From contig JBHGNT010000014.1 in assembly GCA_043228905.1 (NCBI GenBank), positions 12,834,001 through 12,898,000 on the forward strand: a stretch of 64,000 nucleotides of DNA. The letters run 5' to 3'. Positions 42,013-53,300 of this stretch are shown in pieces; position 1 is the stretch's first letter; the number at the start of each line of letters is the position of its first letter. The position numbers and the translations under genes are program-made. The notes beneath the pieces are model-generated. The model made no database searches, had not been told where the DNA came from, and worked only from the letters and a program-made list of their open reading frames with translations. Source of the stretch: Azolla caroliniana (taxonomy: Eukaryota; Plantae; Polypodiophyta).

Positions 42013-43544
42013 TATGGCAAGACTCAAACCCATGACACTATATTTTGTAATACAAAAGATATTATTTTCATATAAGTTTTACTATAGAAAATTGATGTAT
42101 ATTCCATATTTCTCTTGAACATTCTAGAAAATTTAGGAGTACTCCTGAGAACACTATAAAAAGAGGCACAAGGAATTATTTCGAACCAAATCGGTTCAAC
42201 GCTAGTCCTAAGCGGGTCTTAAGCCTCCTAGCCATCCTTGTATATTCTTTTCACATAATATATCGTTGTCATCATCACACACACACACACACACACTCTC
42301 TCTCTCTCTCTCTCTCTCTCATGTTCTACACCTTCTTTTCCTCTTAGTACTAATATTCATCTCTTAGTACTAATTTCCTCTCTGTCTCAGTACTATTCCT
42401 TACAGTATGAACCCAATTCAACTGCATCCGGCCCGACTGAGGAATAGTTGGACGTCAACTTAGATGATGATATTCGACCAAGTCCTTTACCAAAGGACAG
42501 TCCAAGCTCTACCGAGCTAAGTGGACCACACGAGCCCTGAAGCATTTCAAGCACGTCTCGACCATGGGCCGGATCGGACTAAGGATAAGGTAAGATTCCT
42601 GAGTATGAAGTCGACCGCCCCAGCAAAAGTGATTCGGATGTGTCGACCTGCTCATTAGATAGTGAGTTTGGTGTATCCATTATGCGGACACCTGGAGTAA
42701 AGAAGGCGCTCACGTCGACAAATGAAAAATTTGATGCTCATCTTGAGAGAAGAACCCGGTCACTCGGTTTGGCTACAACGAGTATATGGCCCATCTTTAT
42801 GCCTTCACGATGAAGGTAACGACCAAACAAGAGCTCGAAAGCTTTACAAAAGTGGCTTGTGACCCCTGATGGATGGAAGCCATGGATCAAGAGTTGCAAG
42901 CACTCGGCCTTCGACCATTTAGCACTACAAGCCTTCGTCGTGGGCTTGAGGGGGAGGAACTGAAACTACCCTAAAAAGGCCGAAGAAAGCCGAAACTACC
43001 CTGGATGGTTGAAGGAAGTCGGGAACCACTGACGGAAGCTGACAATGCCGATAATCAAACCGGACATTGGATGCCTCACACTTGAGCTTGAGGGGACGTG
43101 TTGAGATATCAAGCTCAACTAGGTTTAGTTATTTAGTCAACCATGTCACTTAATAGTTACATAATTAGAATCTAGTTAGAAGTGTTGACCTAAAAGCCTT
43201 AAATAGGATTTTTTACTTAAGTGGGGATACATTCTAGATCCTCCACTACCAAGTTCATTGAATATAGGACTTACATCCTTGTACCTATTGTTATCCATGG
43301 GACAAAGGATAGGGGTGCTACAGTCTTGTTAATATAGAGAAAGGTTATCTAGCTACACTCTTGTTAATCATCCCCCATTTATCTTATTGTTCATAAGTGT
43401 AACTTCCTCTCTCTCTTTCTCACACACACATACACACACATATCACATAATCTTCCACGCCTTAATCACATACGTGATTAACTACTCACATAATTAGATA
43501 CTGATTAACCCTTAGTTAATTACCTAATTATTAACATATTCATT

Positions 43545-44678
43545 TATGGTGAGTCAAAACTACACCATGACTAATGGAGATCACTGTGTATATGTTTGAC
43601 AATTTTCTTAAGGTAATTTTATAATTCTCTTATTGTATGTTGATGATATGCTAATGGTAGGACAAGATGTAGACAATATCCACAAGTTAAAACTAGATTT
43701 ATCTAAGTCCTTTGACATGAAAGATCTAGGCCATGCTAAACATATTATAGGCATGGACATTACTCACAATAGGGAACGTGGAAAGTTGTGGCTTTCTAAA
43801 GAAAAATAGATAGAACGGGTATTAAAGAGGTTTAATATGCATCATGCAAAACCGGTAAGCACCCCTCTTGTGAGCCATTTTAAATTATGTAGAAAAGATT
43901 GTACACATACCGAGCAAGAGAAAGAAGAGATGTTTTCAATTCCTTACTCTTGAAAGATTGGTTCGTTGATGTATGTTATGGATAACACAAGGCCAGATAT
44001 TGCCCATGCCATTTGTGTTGTAAGTAGATATCTCTCCAATTCGGGTAAGTCTCATTAGGATGCCATAAAATGGATCTTTAGATATTTAAGAGGTACATCC
44101 TAATTATGTTTATGTTTTGGAGATTCTAAAAAAATCTTGAAGGGTTTTCAGATGCAGATATGGCATGGGATCTTGATGGGAGAAAATCTACTTCGGCATA
44201 CCTATTTACATTTGCAGGGGAAGCCGTATCATGGCAATCTAAGTTGCAAAAGGGTGTTGCTTTGTCTACAACAGAAGCGGAATATATTGTAACCACTGAA
44301 GGTGCCAAAGAGATGCTATGGATGAAAAGGTTTGTTTCAGATTTGGGTTTAAGTCAACTAACTTATTTGATCTTCTATGACAACCAAAGTGCAATAGATT
44401 TGAGCAAGAACTTGATGTACCATTCTTGCATGAAACATATTGATGTAAGGTATCATTGGCTCGCTCCGCAATTGAAGATCAACTTCTACAACTCAAGAAA
44501 ATTCACACAAATAAGAATGTTGCTAACATGTTGACGAAGGTAGTCTATAAAGAAAAGCTTGAGCTATGTGTCAAGATTGCTAGAATGAACACAAACTAAG
44601 TGACTCAATGGAATCTGCTCCTATGTGGCCAACGGGGAAGATTGTTAAGTTTTCTGTCCACATATTTAGAGTGTAAAT
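43545..44678 (+). pseudogene. pol: Old AT-rich Tnt1/Tork-like copia RT-RNaseH remnant with PPT and start of 3' LTR (~44643)
   Basis: LLLYVDDML, DMKDLG, VALSTTEAEY, KHIDVRYHW; many stops. Confidence 0.85.
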
Positions 44679-45109
44679 TGTAGGGAAATCGACCACCCCG
44701 ATTTACCTTCTTCTCTCGGCCACAACCGAGTAATTGCGAATCAAAGGAGCAGAAAATAGGAAACACAGAGAAAGACACGATGACACAGGAATTAACGTGG
44801 AAAACCCTAAATGGGAAAAACCACGGGAGTCCTCAAACTCCAACTATCACTATGAACAGGGATGTACACTGGTGAAGCTACAAGGCAACAACCTTGAGCT
44901 CACTGTCTTCGCCACAGGCGGCGGTAATACACAGAGGCAGCGACCTCTTCGTCTCTCTCTCTCTCGGCTGCTCTCACTTCGCATGAAAAATGAGCAACAA
45001 CATTTAAACTGTTTGCCCTAAGTCATATTTATACACATATATGACTTTCGGGCTATTTACAAATATAGCCTCAAGGGCTCTTGGCAAACATATTTACAAA
45101 TATGTCCCC

Positions 45110-45345
45110 GCATCCGGATCTCTCTCCGGGTACATTCGTCATCCGTCTCCGTAACCGGGGTCTTCATCATTCGGCTCCGTAACCGGGGTATTCATCATCC
45201 GGATCCGTATCCGGGTACTCTTCATCCGGCTTCATGCCGGGTACTCTTCATCATCCGGATCCGCATCCGGGTACTCGTCATCCGGCTTCATGCCGGGTAC
45301 TCTTCATCATCCGGTTCCGTAACCGCAACCGGGCTTGCCGTCATT
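45110..45345 (-). repeat. CCGG-rich tandem repeats in U3 of element E (copy at ~49933-50168)
   Basis: Repeated CCGGGTACTC(TT)CATCCGG / CCGTAACCG units. Confidence 0.8.
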
Positions 45346-45396
45346 CATCTCCGGACATCCCATCCGGAGGGACCGCAATCCCAACAAACTCCCCCT

Positions 45397-48300
45397 TCAC
45401 TTCGGCATGGGATGTCTCTCCAATCCGATCCTCTTCCGGCATGCTTCCAGCTTGTCGGGTGTGAGCACCTTGGTCAGCATATCCGACCCGTTCTCGTCCG
45501 TGTGGACCTTCGTCAGCACGAACTCCTTGTCTTCTATCCTTTCCCGGATCCAGTGATATCTTCGCTGGATGTGCTTCGTCCGGGAGTGATAAGCCGCGTT
45601 CTTCGCAAGGTGGATGGCACTCTGACTGTCGCAGTAGAGTCGGTACTCCTCTTGCCGGATACCGAGCTCTCTAATGAAGTCCTTCATCCATATTATTTCC
45701 TTGCCGGCTTCAACAGCCGCCATGTACTCCGCCTCCGTGGTTGACAGCGCAACCGTCTTCTGCAGCCTCGACTGCCACGAAACAGCTCCACCTGCATACG
45801 TCATCACATACCCTGATGTGGACCGGCTGGTATCTGCATCAGCCGACATATCCGAATCGGTAAAGCCGTCGAGTTCGGGCTTTCCGGAGCCGAATCGGAG
45901 GCACACGTTTGCCGTGCCCTTCAGGTATCGGAGTATCCACTTGACCGCGTTCCAATGCTCTTTGCCGGGATTGCTCATGTACCGGCTCACCACTCCGACT
46001 GCATATCCTATGTCCGGTCTCGTACACACCATGGCGTACATCAAGCTCCCGACGGCTGAGGCATACGGCACTTTCATCATATCCTCCTTTTCAGCCTTTG
46101 TCTTGGGACTTTGCTTGCTGGACAGCTTGCAGTTTGCCGGGAGGGTCGATCCGACCGGTCTTGCTTCCGACATGTTGAACCGGTTAAGCACCTTTGTCAC
46201 GTACTTCTCCTGTGACAGCCACAACTGCTTTTTGCTCCGGTCCCGGATGATGTGCATCCCCAGTATTTGCCTCGCCGGACCCAGGTCCTTCATTGAGAAG
46301 GTTCGGTGAAGAGCCTTCTTCAGCATCCGTATCTTGACCTGGTCCCGTCCGACGATCAACATGTCGTCCACGTACAGGAGGAGTATTAGAGAGTCTCCTC
46401 CTTCGAACTTCTTCACAAACACGCAGTGGTCGGACTGCGTTTTGAGGTACCCTTCGTCGGTCATGAAGGAGTCGAACTTCCGGTACCATTGCCGGGGAGC
46501 CTGCTTCAGTCCGTAAAGGCTCTTCTTCAACCGGCATACCAGGTGCTCCTTCCCTTTCTTCTCGAATCCTTCCGGTTGCTGCATGTAGATCTCTTCATCG
46601 AGGTCACCGTGAAGGAATGCCGTCTTCACGTCCATCTGTTCTACTTCGAGGTCCATGCTTGCCGCTATGCTCAGCACCGTCCGGATGGAGGTCATCTTTA
46701 CTACCGGGGCAAATATCTCATCGAAGTCGACGCCCTTCTTTTGCTGAAACCCCTTCACCACGATCCTGGCTTTGTATCTCGGGGGGTTTCCGGCATCTCC
46801 CGGTTTCAGCTTGAACACCCACTTGTTTCGAAGTGCCCGCTTTCCTTTCGGCAACTCCACAAGTTCATATGTGTGGTTCTCATGCAGGGAATCCATCTCG
46901 TCCTGCATGGCACTCAACCACCTGCGGCTCTGGGTGTCGTGCTTTGCTTCTTCAAAGCTCTCCGGCTCCCCCTCGTCGGTTAGCAGCACGTGCTCTGGTT
47001 CCGGAAATCTCCGGGGGGCCCTTCTCTCTCTCAGAGGATATCTCCGTTCCGGGGCTTCGGTAACCGGTTCTTCCGATTCTTCTTCATCCGAATCCATTTC
47101 GGGATCGGGGCCGGTTCCGGTATCATTTTCATCTTCTTCGGCCGGTTCTGTTTCTTCACCGTCTTCGGCCGGATCCTCGAGTGCTAACCGGTCCCTTGCC
47201 GGTCGGGACTGCTCCTCGTAGAGTTTATCCTCACCGGTCGACTTGGAGCTCTTCATCTTCTTCTCCGACTCCCAGTCGGCGAGTGTCTTGTCCTCCATGA
47301 AGATGATATCTCGACTCCTGAATATCTTCTTGTCGACCGGGTCCCATACTCGGTAGCCGAACTCGTCGTCGCCGTAACCGAGGAATATGCATGGCCGGGT
47401 CTTTGGATCTAACTTTCCTCTCCGGTCCTTTGCCACATGCACGTATGTGAGACACCCGAACACCTTCAGATGCCGGTAGGACACTTCCTTACCGGTCCAC
47501 ACTTTCTGCGGCGTGTCTCCGTCCAAAGGTACTGAGGGTGATCTGTTTATCACGTATGTCGCCGTCGACATTGCCTCAGCCCAAAACCCCTTGTGTAATT
47601 TCGCATGCGCCAGCATACTCCGGACCCTCTCCATTATGGTCCGGTTCATCCTCTCGGCCAGCCCGTTCAGTTCCGGCGTCTTCGGCACAGTAAACTCGAG
47701 CCGGATTCCTTTCGAGCGACAGTACTCCGTGAACTGCCCCCGGTATTCCCCTCCGTTGTCCGCTCGTATCGCTTTGAGCTTCTTGCCGGATTCTCTTTCC
47801 ACTCTCGCGTGGAGTTCTTTGAAGACGGACAATACTTGGTCCTTTGTCTTCAACGGTGCCGTCCACAGCTTCCGGCTGTGGTCATCAATGAATGTCACGA
47901 AGTACTGGGCTCCGCCATGTGACTTCGTTTCTACTTGACACACATCAGTGTGCACCAACTCCAATGGTGCGCTACGTCTCGTCGGTGGCCTTGAGTGGAA
48001 GGAGGCTCGGTTCTGCTTACCGGCCAGGCAATCGGTGCACTTCTCCAGATGCACATGCTTCACTGGAATGAGGTTGTCTTCTGCAAGCCTCTTCATCCCC
48101 TTCTCGCTCATGTGGCACAGTCTCTTGTGCCACAGCTCACCGGCAGTGTCGGCTGCCACGTTCAGCTCCTCCGGACATAGCCGGGAATTCATCAGGTACA
48201 GTGTGTTGACCTTCCGGGCCCGAGCCACTATCAGGCTCCCCTTGCTGAACTTCATGACACCGTTCCGGATGCTACCCGTGTAGCCTTCATCGTCTAGCCT

Positions 48301-49470
48301 GCCGGCCGAAATCAGGTTCAATCGAACCTCCGGAACGTGTCGAACATCCTTCAGCAGCATCTTGCATCCGGTTGATGTCATCAGCCACACGTCTCCTATG
48401 CCGACTATCCGGCACGTACCTTCATTTCCCATCCGGACACAGCCGTGCTCACCGGCTGTGTAGGATGAGAAGTATTTCTTCTCCGGGGTCAGGTGGAACG
48501 ACGCTCCGGAATCGACCACCCAGGTCATCTCTTCACCGGCAAGGTTCAGCTCCCTCTCTTCAGTAATGAGCATTATCTCTTCTTCACTTGCCGCGAGTGC
48601 CGTCGTTCCTTTTCGGTCCTGCCCTCGCCGATCCGGACCTCTCCGGTCCGTGGCTCCCCGGTATGCACCGTTTCTCTCCGGTGACTTCTTCGAATCGGTG
48701 TCGTCGGCTCCGTTGTCCTTTCGGTAATGCCGACAATTCTTCCGGAAGTGCCCCGGCTTCCCACAGTGGAAGCATGTGGGTCTTCCTCTTGACTGCGACC
48801 GGGTCCCCGATTTCTCCCGTCTTTGCGGACTCCGGTTCCATTGTCTCCCCCGTTCCGATTCGGTAAGCAGCGCCTTCGAGTCGGAGGCCGGTTCTTTATC
48901 TCTCCGACGCGCTTCTTCGTTCAAAATACTTGTCTTTACCGTTTGTAGGGACAAGTTGTCTTCCGTGCAGGAGGTGCTGAGAGTCACCACCAAGTTCTCC
49001 CAGCTGTCCGGCAATGTACACATCAGGATGATGGCTTGCATTGCATCCTCCAACGGGAACTTGATCGCCGCAAGCTGGTTCACGAATCCCATGAACGTGC
49101 TTACGTGTTCCACCATACTCTCGCCGTCCCGGTACTTGAGATTCACAATCTTCCTCATCAGGGAGGTCCGGTTCAACGCATTCTTCCTCTCGTAGAGGCC
49201 CGACAGCTTCTTCCACATCTCATATGCGTTGGTGTCATTCGCCACATGTTGTAGGACGCTTACATCGACATATTGTCGGATCGTCGCTACGGCTTTCCGG
49301 TTCAGGAGCTTCCACTCCGACTCAAGTACTCCCTTCGGTATTTCCGACCTGTCAATCGGTTCGTACAGGTCCCGAACAATCAGAAGATCCTCCATCTTGA
49401 TCTTCCAGTCGGCGTAATTCTGTGCATTCAGCACCATCATTCCCGGCTGCCCGCTGCTGTTGCCTTCCAT
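45397..49470 (-). CDS. pol: Copia Gag-Pol polyprotein (Gag, PR, IN, RT, RH)
   Basis: CFHCGKPGHFRKNC, WVVDSGAS, WHKRLCH..CTDC, RADNGGEY, LYVDDML, ALSTTEAEY; ATG downstream of PBS. Confidence 0.96.
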   Translation of the reverse strand: MEGNSSGQPGMMVLNAQNYADWKIKMEDLLIVRDLYEPIDRSEIPKGVLESEWKLLNRKAVATIRQYVDVSVLQHVANDTNAYEMWKKLSGLYERKNALNRTSLMRKIVNLKYRDGESMVEHVSTFMGFVNQLAAIKFPLEDAMQAIILMCTLPDSWENLVVTLSTSCTEDNLSLQTVKTSILNEEARRRDKEPASDSKALLTESERGRQWNRSPQRREKSGTRSQSRGRPTCFHCGKPGHFRKNCRHYRKDNGADDTDSKKSPERNGAYRGATDRRGPDRRGQDRKGTTALAASEEEIMLITEERELNLAGEEMTWVVDSGASFHLTPEKKYFSSYTAGEHGCVRMGNEGTCRIVGIGDVWLMTSTGCKMLLKDVRHVPEVRLNLISAGRLDDEGYTGSIRNGVMKFSKGSLIVARARKVNTLYLMNSRLCPEELNVAADTAGELWHKRLCHMSEKGMKRLAEDNLIPVKHVHLEKCTDCLAGKQNRASFHSRPPTRRSAPLELVHTDVCQVETKSHGGAQYFVTFIDDHSRKLWTAPLKTKDQVLSVFKELHARVERESGKKLKAIRADNGGEYRGQFTEYCRSKGIRLEFTVPKTPELNGLAERMNRTIMERVRSMLAHAKLHKGFWAEAMSTATYVINRSPSVPLDGDTPQKVWTGKEVSYRHLKVFGCLTYVHVAKDRRGKLDPKTRPCIFLGYGDDEFGYRVWDPVDKKIFRSRDIIFMEDKTLADWESEKKMKSSKSTGEDKLYEEQSRPARDRLALEDPAEDGEETEPAEEDENDTGTGPDPEMDSDEEESEEPVTEAPERRYPLRERRAPRRFPEPEHVLLTDEGEPESFEEAKHDTQSRRWLSAMQDEMDSLHENHTYELVELPKGKRALRNKWVFKLKPGDAGNPPRYKARIVVKGFQQKKGVDFDEIFAPVVKMTSIRTVLSIAASMDLEVEQMDVKTAFLHGDLDEEIYMQQPEGFEKKGKEHLVCRLKKSLYGLKQAPRQWYRKFDSFMTDEGYLKTQSDHCVFVKKFEGGDSLILLLYVDDMLIVGRDQVKIRMLKKALHRTFSMKDLGPARQILGMHIIRDRSKKQLWLSQEKYVTKVLNRFNMSEARPVGSTLPANCKLSSKQSPKTKAEKEDMMKVPYASAVGSLMYAMVCTRPDIGYAVGVVSRYMSNPGKEHWNAVKWILRYLKGTANVCLRFGSGKPELDGFTDSDMSADADTSRSTSGYVMTYAGGAVSWQSRLQKTVALSTTEAEYMAAVEAGKEIIWMKDFIRELGIRQEEYRLYCDSQSAIHLAKNAAYHSRTKHIQRRYHWIRERIEDKEFVLTKVHTDENGSDMLTKVLTPDKLEACRKRIGLERHPMPK

Positions 49471-50217
49471 TTTCTGTGTTACCGTCGCTCTGATACCAGT
49501 TTGTAGGGAAATCGACCACCCCGATTTACCTTCTTCTCTCGGCCACAACCGAGTAATTGCGAATCAAAGGAGCAGAAAATAGGAAACACAGAGAAAGACA
49601 CGATGACACAGGAATTAACGTGGAAAACCCTAAATGGGAAAAACCACGGGAGTCCTCAAACTCCAACTATCACTATGAACAGGGATGTACACTGGTGAAG
49701 CTACAAGGCAACAACCTTGAGCTCACTGTCTTCGCCACAGGCGGCGGTAATACACAGAGGCAGCGACCTCTTCGTCTCTCTCTCTCTCGGCTGCTCTCAC
49801 TTCGCATGAAAAATGAGCAACAACATTTAAACTGTTTGCCCTAAGTCATATTTATACACATATATGACTTTCGGGCTATTTACAAATATAGCCTCAAGGG
49901 CTCTTGGCAAACATATTTACAAATATGTCCCCGCATCCGGATCTCTCTCCGGGTACATTCGTCATCCGTCTCCGTAACCGGGGTCTTCATCATTCGGCTC
50001 CGTAACCGGGGTATTCATCATCCGGATCCGTATCCGGGTACTCTTCATCCGGCTTCATGCCGGGTACTCTTCATCATCCGGATCCGCATCCGGGTACTCG
50101 TCATCCGGCTTCATGCCGGGTACTCTTCATCATCCGGTTCCGTAACCGCAACCGGGCTTGCCGTCATTCATCTCCGGACATCCCATCCGGAGGGACCGCA
50201 ATCCCAACATAAATGGC

Positions 50218-50317
50218 NNNNNNNNNNNNNNNNNNNNNNNNNNNNNNNNNNNNNNNNNNNNNNNNNNNNNNNNNNNNNNNNNNNNNNNNNNNNNNNNNNN
50301 NNNNNNNNNNNNNNNNN
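50218..50317. other. Assembly gap (100 N)
   Basis: Run of N. Confidence 0.99.
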
Positions 50318-53300
50318 AGAGCGATCCGGATGCAGGGACATATCCGTGAATATGTTCGCTACGAGCCCCCTGAGGCTATAGTTGTAAATAGCCCAAAGTC
50401 ATATAAGTATAAATATGACTTAGGGCAAACAGTTTTTCTGTTGCTTCTCATTTTTCTGTTTTTCCACTTTAGAGGAGTGAAGAGAGAGCAGCCGTGAGAG
50501 AGAGAAAGAGAGAGAGCGCGAGAGAGAGAAAGAGGTAGACGCCTCTGTGTATTTCCGCCGCCTGTGGCGAGGACAGCGAGCTCAAGGTCGTCGCCTTGGA
50601 GCTCGCCATTGTATATTTCTCTGTGCATAGTTTGGTTCGGAGTCTCGCACTCCCGTGGTTTTTCCCGTATAGGGTTTTCCACGTTAATCCCTGTGTATCG
50701 CGTCTTTCTCTGTATTTCCTATTTTCTGCTACATTGATCCGCGATTAATCGGTTGTGGCCGAGTTGAGAAGGTGAATCCAAGCGTTGATTCCCAACAAAC
50801 TGGTATCAGAGCGACTGTTGCAGAAAATGGAAGGCGGCGGCAGCGGGCAGCCGATGATGATGGTGCTGAATGCACAGAATTACGCCGACTGGAAGATCAA
50901 GATGGAGGATCTTCTGATTGTTCGGGACCTGTACGAACCGATTGACAGGTCGGAAATACCGAAAGGGGTACTTGAGTCGGAGTGGAAGCTCCTGAACCGG
51001 AAAGCCGTAGCGACGATCCGACAATACGTCGATGTAAGCGTCCTACAACATGTGGCGAACGACACCAACGCATACGAGATGTGGAAGAAGCTGTCGGGCC
51101 TCTATGAGAGGAAGAATGCGTTGAACCGGACCTCCCTGATGAGGAAGATAGTGAATCTCAAGTACCGGGACGGCGAGAGCATGGTGGAACACGTAAGCAC
51201 GTTCATGGGATTCGTGAATCAGCTTGCGGCGATCAAGTTCCCGTTGGAGGATGCAATGCAAGCCATCATCCTGATGTGTACATTGCCGGAAAGCTGGGAG
51301 AACTTGGTGGTGACTCTCAGCACCTCGTGCACCGAAGATAACTTGTCCTTACAAACGGTAAAGACAAGTATTCTGAATGAAGAAGCGCGTCGGAGAGATA
51401 AGGAACCGGCCTCCGACCCGAAGATGCTGTTTACCGAATCGGATCGGGGAAGACAGTGGAACCGGAGTCCGCAAAGACGGGAGAAGTCGGGGACCCGGTC
51501 GCAGTCAAGAGGAAGGCCAACATGCTTCCACTGTGGGAAGCCGGGGCACTTCCGGAAGAACTGTCGGCATTACCGAAAAGACAACGGAGCCGACGACACC
51601 GACTCGAAGAAGTCACCGGAGAGAAACGGTGCATACCGGGGAGCCACGGACCAGAGAGGTTCGGATCGGCGAGGGCAAGACCGGAAAGGAACAACGGCAC
51701 TCGCGGCAAGTGAGGAAGAAATCATGCTCATCACCGAAGAAGGTGAGCTAAACGTTGCCGGCGATGAGACGACCTGGGTGGTCGATTCCGGAGCATCGTT
51801 CCACCTGACCCCGGAGAGAAGATACTTCTCATCCTACACAGCCGGCGAGCATGGCTGTGTTCGGATGGGAAATGAAGGTACGTGCCGGATTGCCGGCATA
51901 GGAGACGTGTGGTTGACAACCCCGACCGGATGCAAAATGCTGCTGAAAGATGTCCGACACGTTCCGGAGGTCCGATTGAACCTGATTTCGGCCGGGAGGC
52001 TAGATGATGAAGGCTACACGGGTAGCATCCGGAACGGTGTCATGAAGTTCAGCAAGGGGAGCTTGATAGTGGTTCGGGCCCGGAAGGTCAACACACTGTA
52101 CCTGATGAATGCCCGGTTATGTCCGGAAGAGCTGAATGTGGCAGCCGACACTGCCGGTGAGCTGTGGCACAAAAGACTGTGCCACATGAGTGAGAAGGGG
52201 ATGAAGAGGCTTGCAGAAGACAACCTCATCCCAGTGAAGCACGTGCACCTGGAGAAGTGCACCGATTGCCTGGCCGGTAAGCAGAACCGAACCTCCTTCC
52301 ACTCAAGGCCACCGACGAGACGTAGCGCACCATTGGAGTTGGTGCACACTGATGTGTGTCAGGTAGAAACGAAGTCACATGGCGGAGCCCAGTACTTCGT
52401 GACATTCATTGATGATCACAGCCGGAAGCTGTGGACGGCACCGTTGAAGACAAAGGACCAAGTGTTGTCCGTCTTCAAAGAACTCCACGCGAGAGTGGAA
52501 AGGGAATCCGGCAAGAAGCTGAAAGCGATACGAGCGGATAACGGAGGGGAATACCGGGGGCAGTTCCAGGAGTACTGTCGCTCGAAGGGAATCCGACTCG
52601 AGTTTACTGTGCCGAAGACGCCGGAACTGAACGGGCTGGCCGAGAGGATGAACCGGACCATAATGGAGCGGGTCCGGAGTATGCTGGCGCATGCGAAATT
52701 ACCCAACGGGTTTTGGGCTGAGGCAATGTCGACGGCGACATACGTGATAAACCGATCACCCTCAGTACCTTTGGACGGAGACACGCCGCAGAGAGTATGG
52801 ACCGGTAAGGAAGTGTCCTACCGGCATCTGAAGGTGTTCGGGTGTCTCGCATACGTGCATGTGGCAAAGGACCGGAGAGGAAAGCTAGATCCGAAGACCC
52901 GGCCATGCATATTCCTCGGTTACGGCGACGACGAGTTCGGCTACCGAGTATGGGACCCGGTCGACAAGAAGATATTCCGGAGTCGTGATATCATCTTCAT
53001 GGAGGACAAGACACTCGCCGACTGGGAGTCGGAGAAGAAGATGAAGAGCTCCAAGTCGATCGGTGAGGATCAACTCTACGAGGAGCAGTCCCGACCGGCA
53101 AGGGACCGGTTAGCACTCGAGGATCCGGCCGAAGACAGTGAAGAAACAGAACCGGCCGAAGAAGATGAAAATGATACCGGAACCGGCCCCGATCCCGAAA
53201 TGGATTCGGATGAAGAAGAAGAATCGGAAGAACCGGTTACCGAAGCTCCGGAACGGAGATACCCTCTAAGAGAGAGAAGGGCCCCCCGGAGATTTCCGGA

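Larger units (their letters stand above)
36824..42404 (+). mobile_element. Chromovirus (Tcn1/Tf1-like Ty3/gypsy), degenerate, likely self-priming
   Basis: LTRs 36824-37218 and 42005-42404, PPT AAAGGGGGGATAG, TSD GTATA/GTATG, C-terminal chromodomain, no tRNA PBS. Confidence 0.9.
36160..43540 (+). mobile_element. Degenerate Ty1/copia remnant (integrase 36160-36823, linker/RT start 42405-42900, PPT, probable 3' LTR from 43099; right end approximate), same family as element G
   Basis: YYVTFIDD, RSDGGKEY, NGVA motifs match ORF 57093; sequence rejoins across the chromovirus insertion; GAGGGGACG|TGTTG at 43099. Confidence 0.7.
44679..50209 (-). mobile_element. Element E: intact, very young Ty1/copia (Tnt1/Tork-like)
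   Basis: 708-bp LTRs 44679-45386 and 49502-50209 with no difference noticed; PBS TGGTATCAGAGC (tRNA-iMet); PPT TGAAGGGGGAG; 5-bp TSD TAAAT. Confidence 0.97.

Noticed and set aside
42276-42320. CA/CT microsatellites (also 37121-37152 and ~7775)
   Set aside because: Ordinary slippage tracts within LTRs
45110-45345. CRISPR-like repeat array
   Set aside because: No unique spacers or cas genes; eukaryotic LTR U3 tandem repeats
49471-49548. N-terminal extensions of copia ORFs (also 50785-50826)
   Set aside because: Non-ATG starts inside LTR/PBS; the first ATG after the PBS is more plausible
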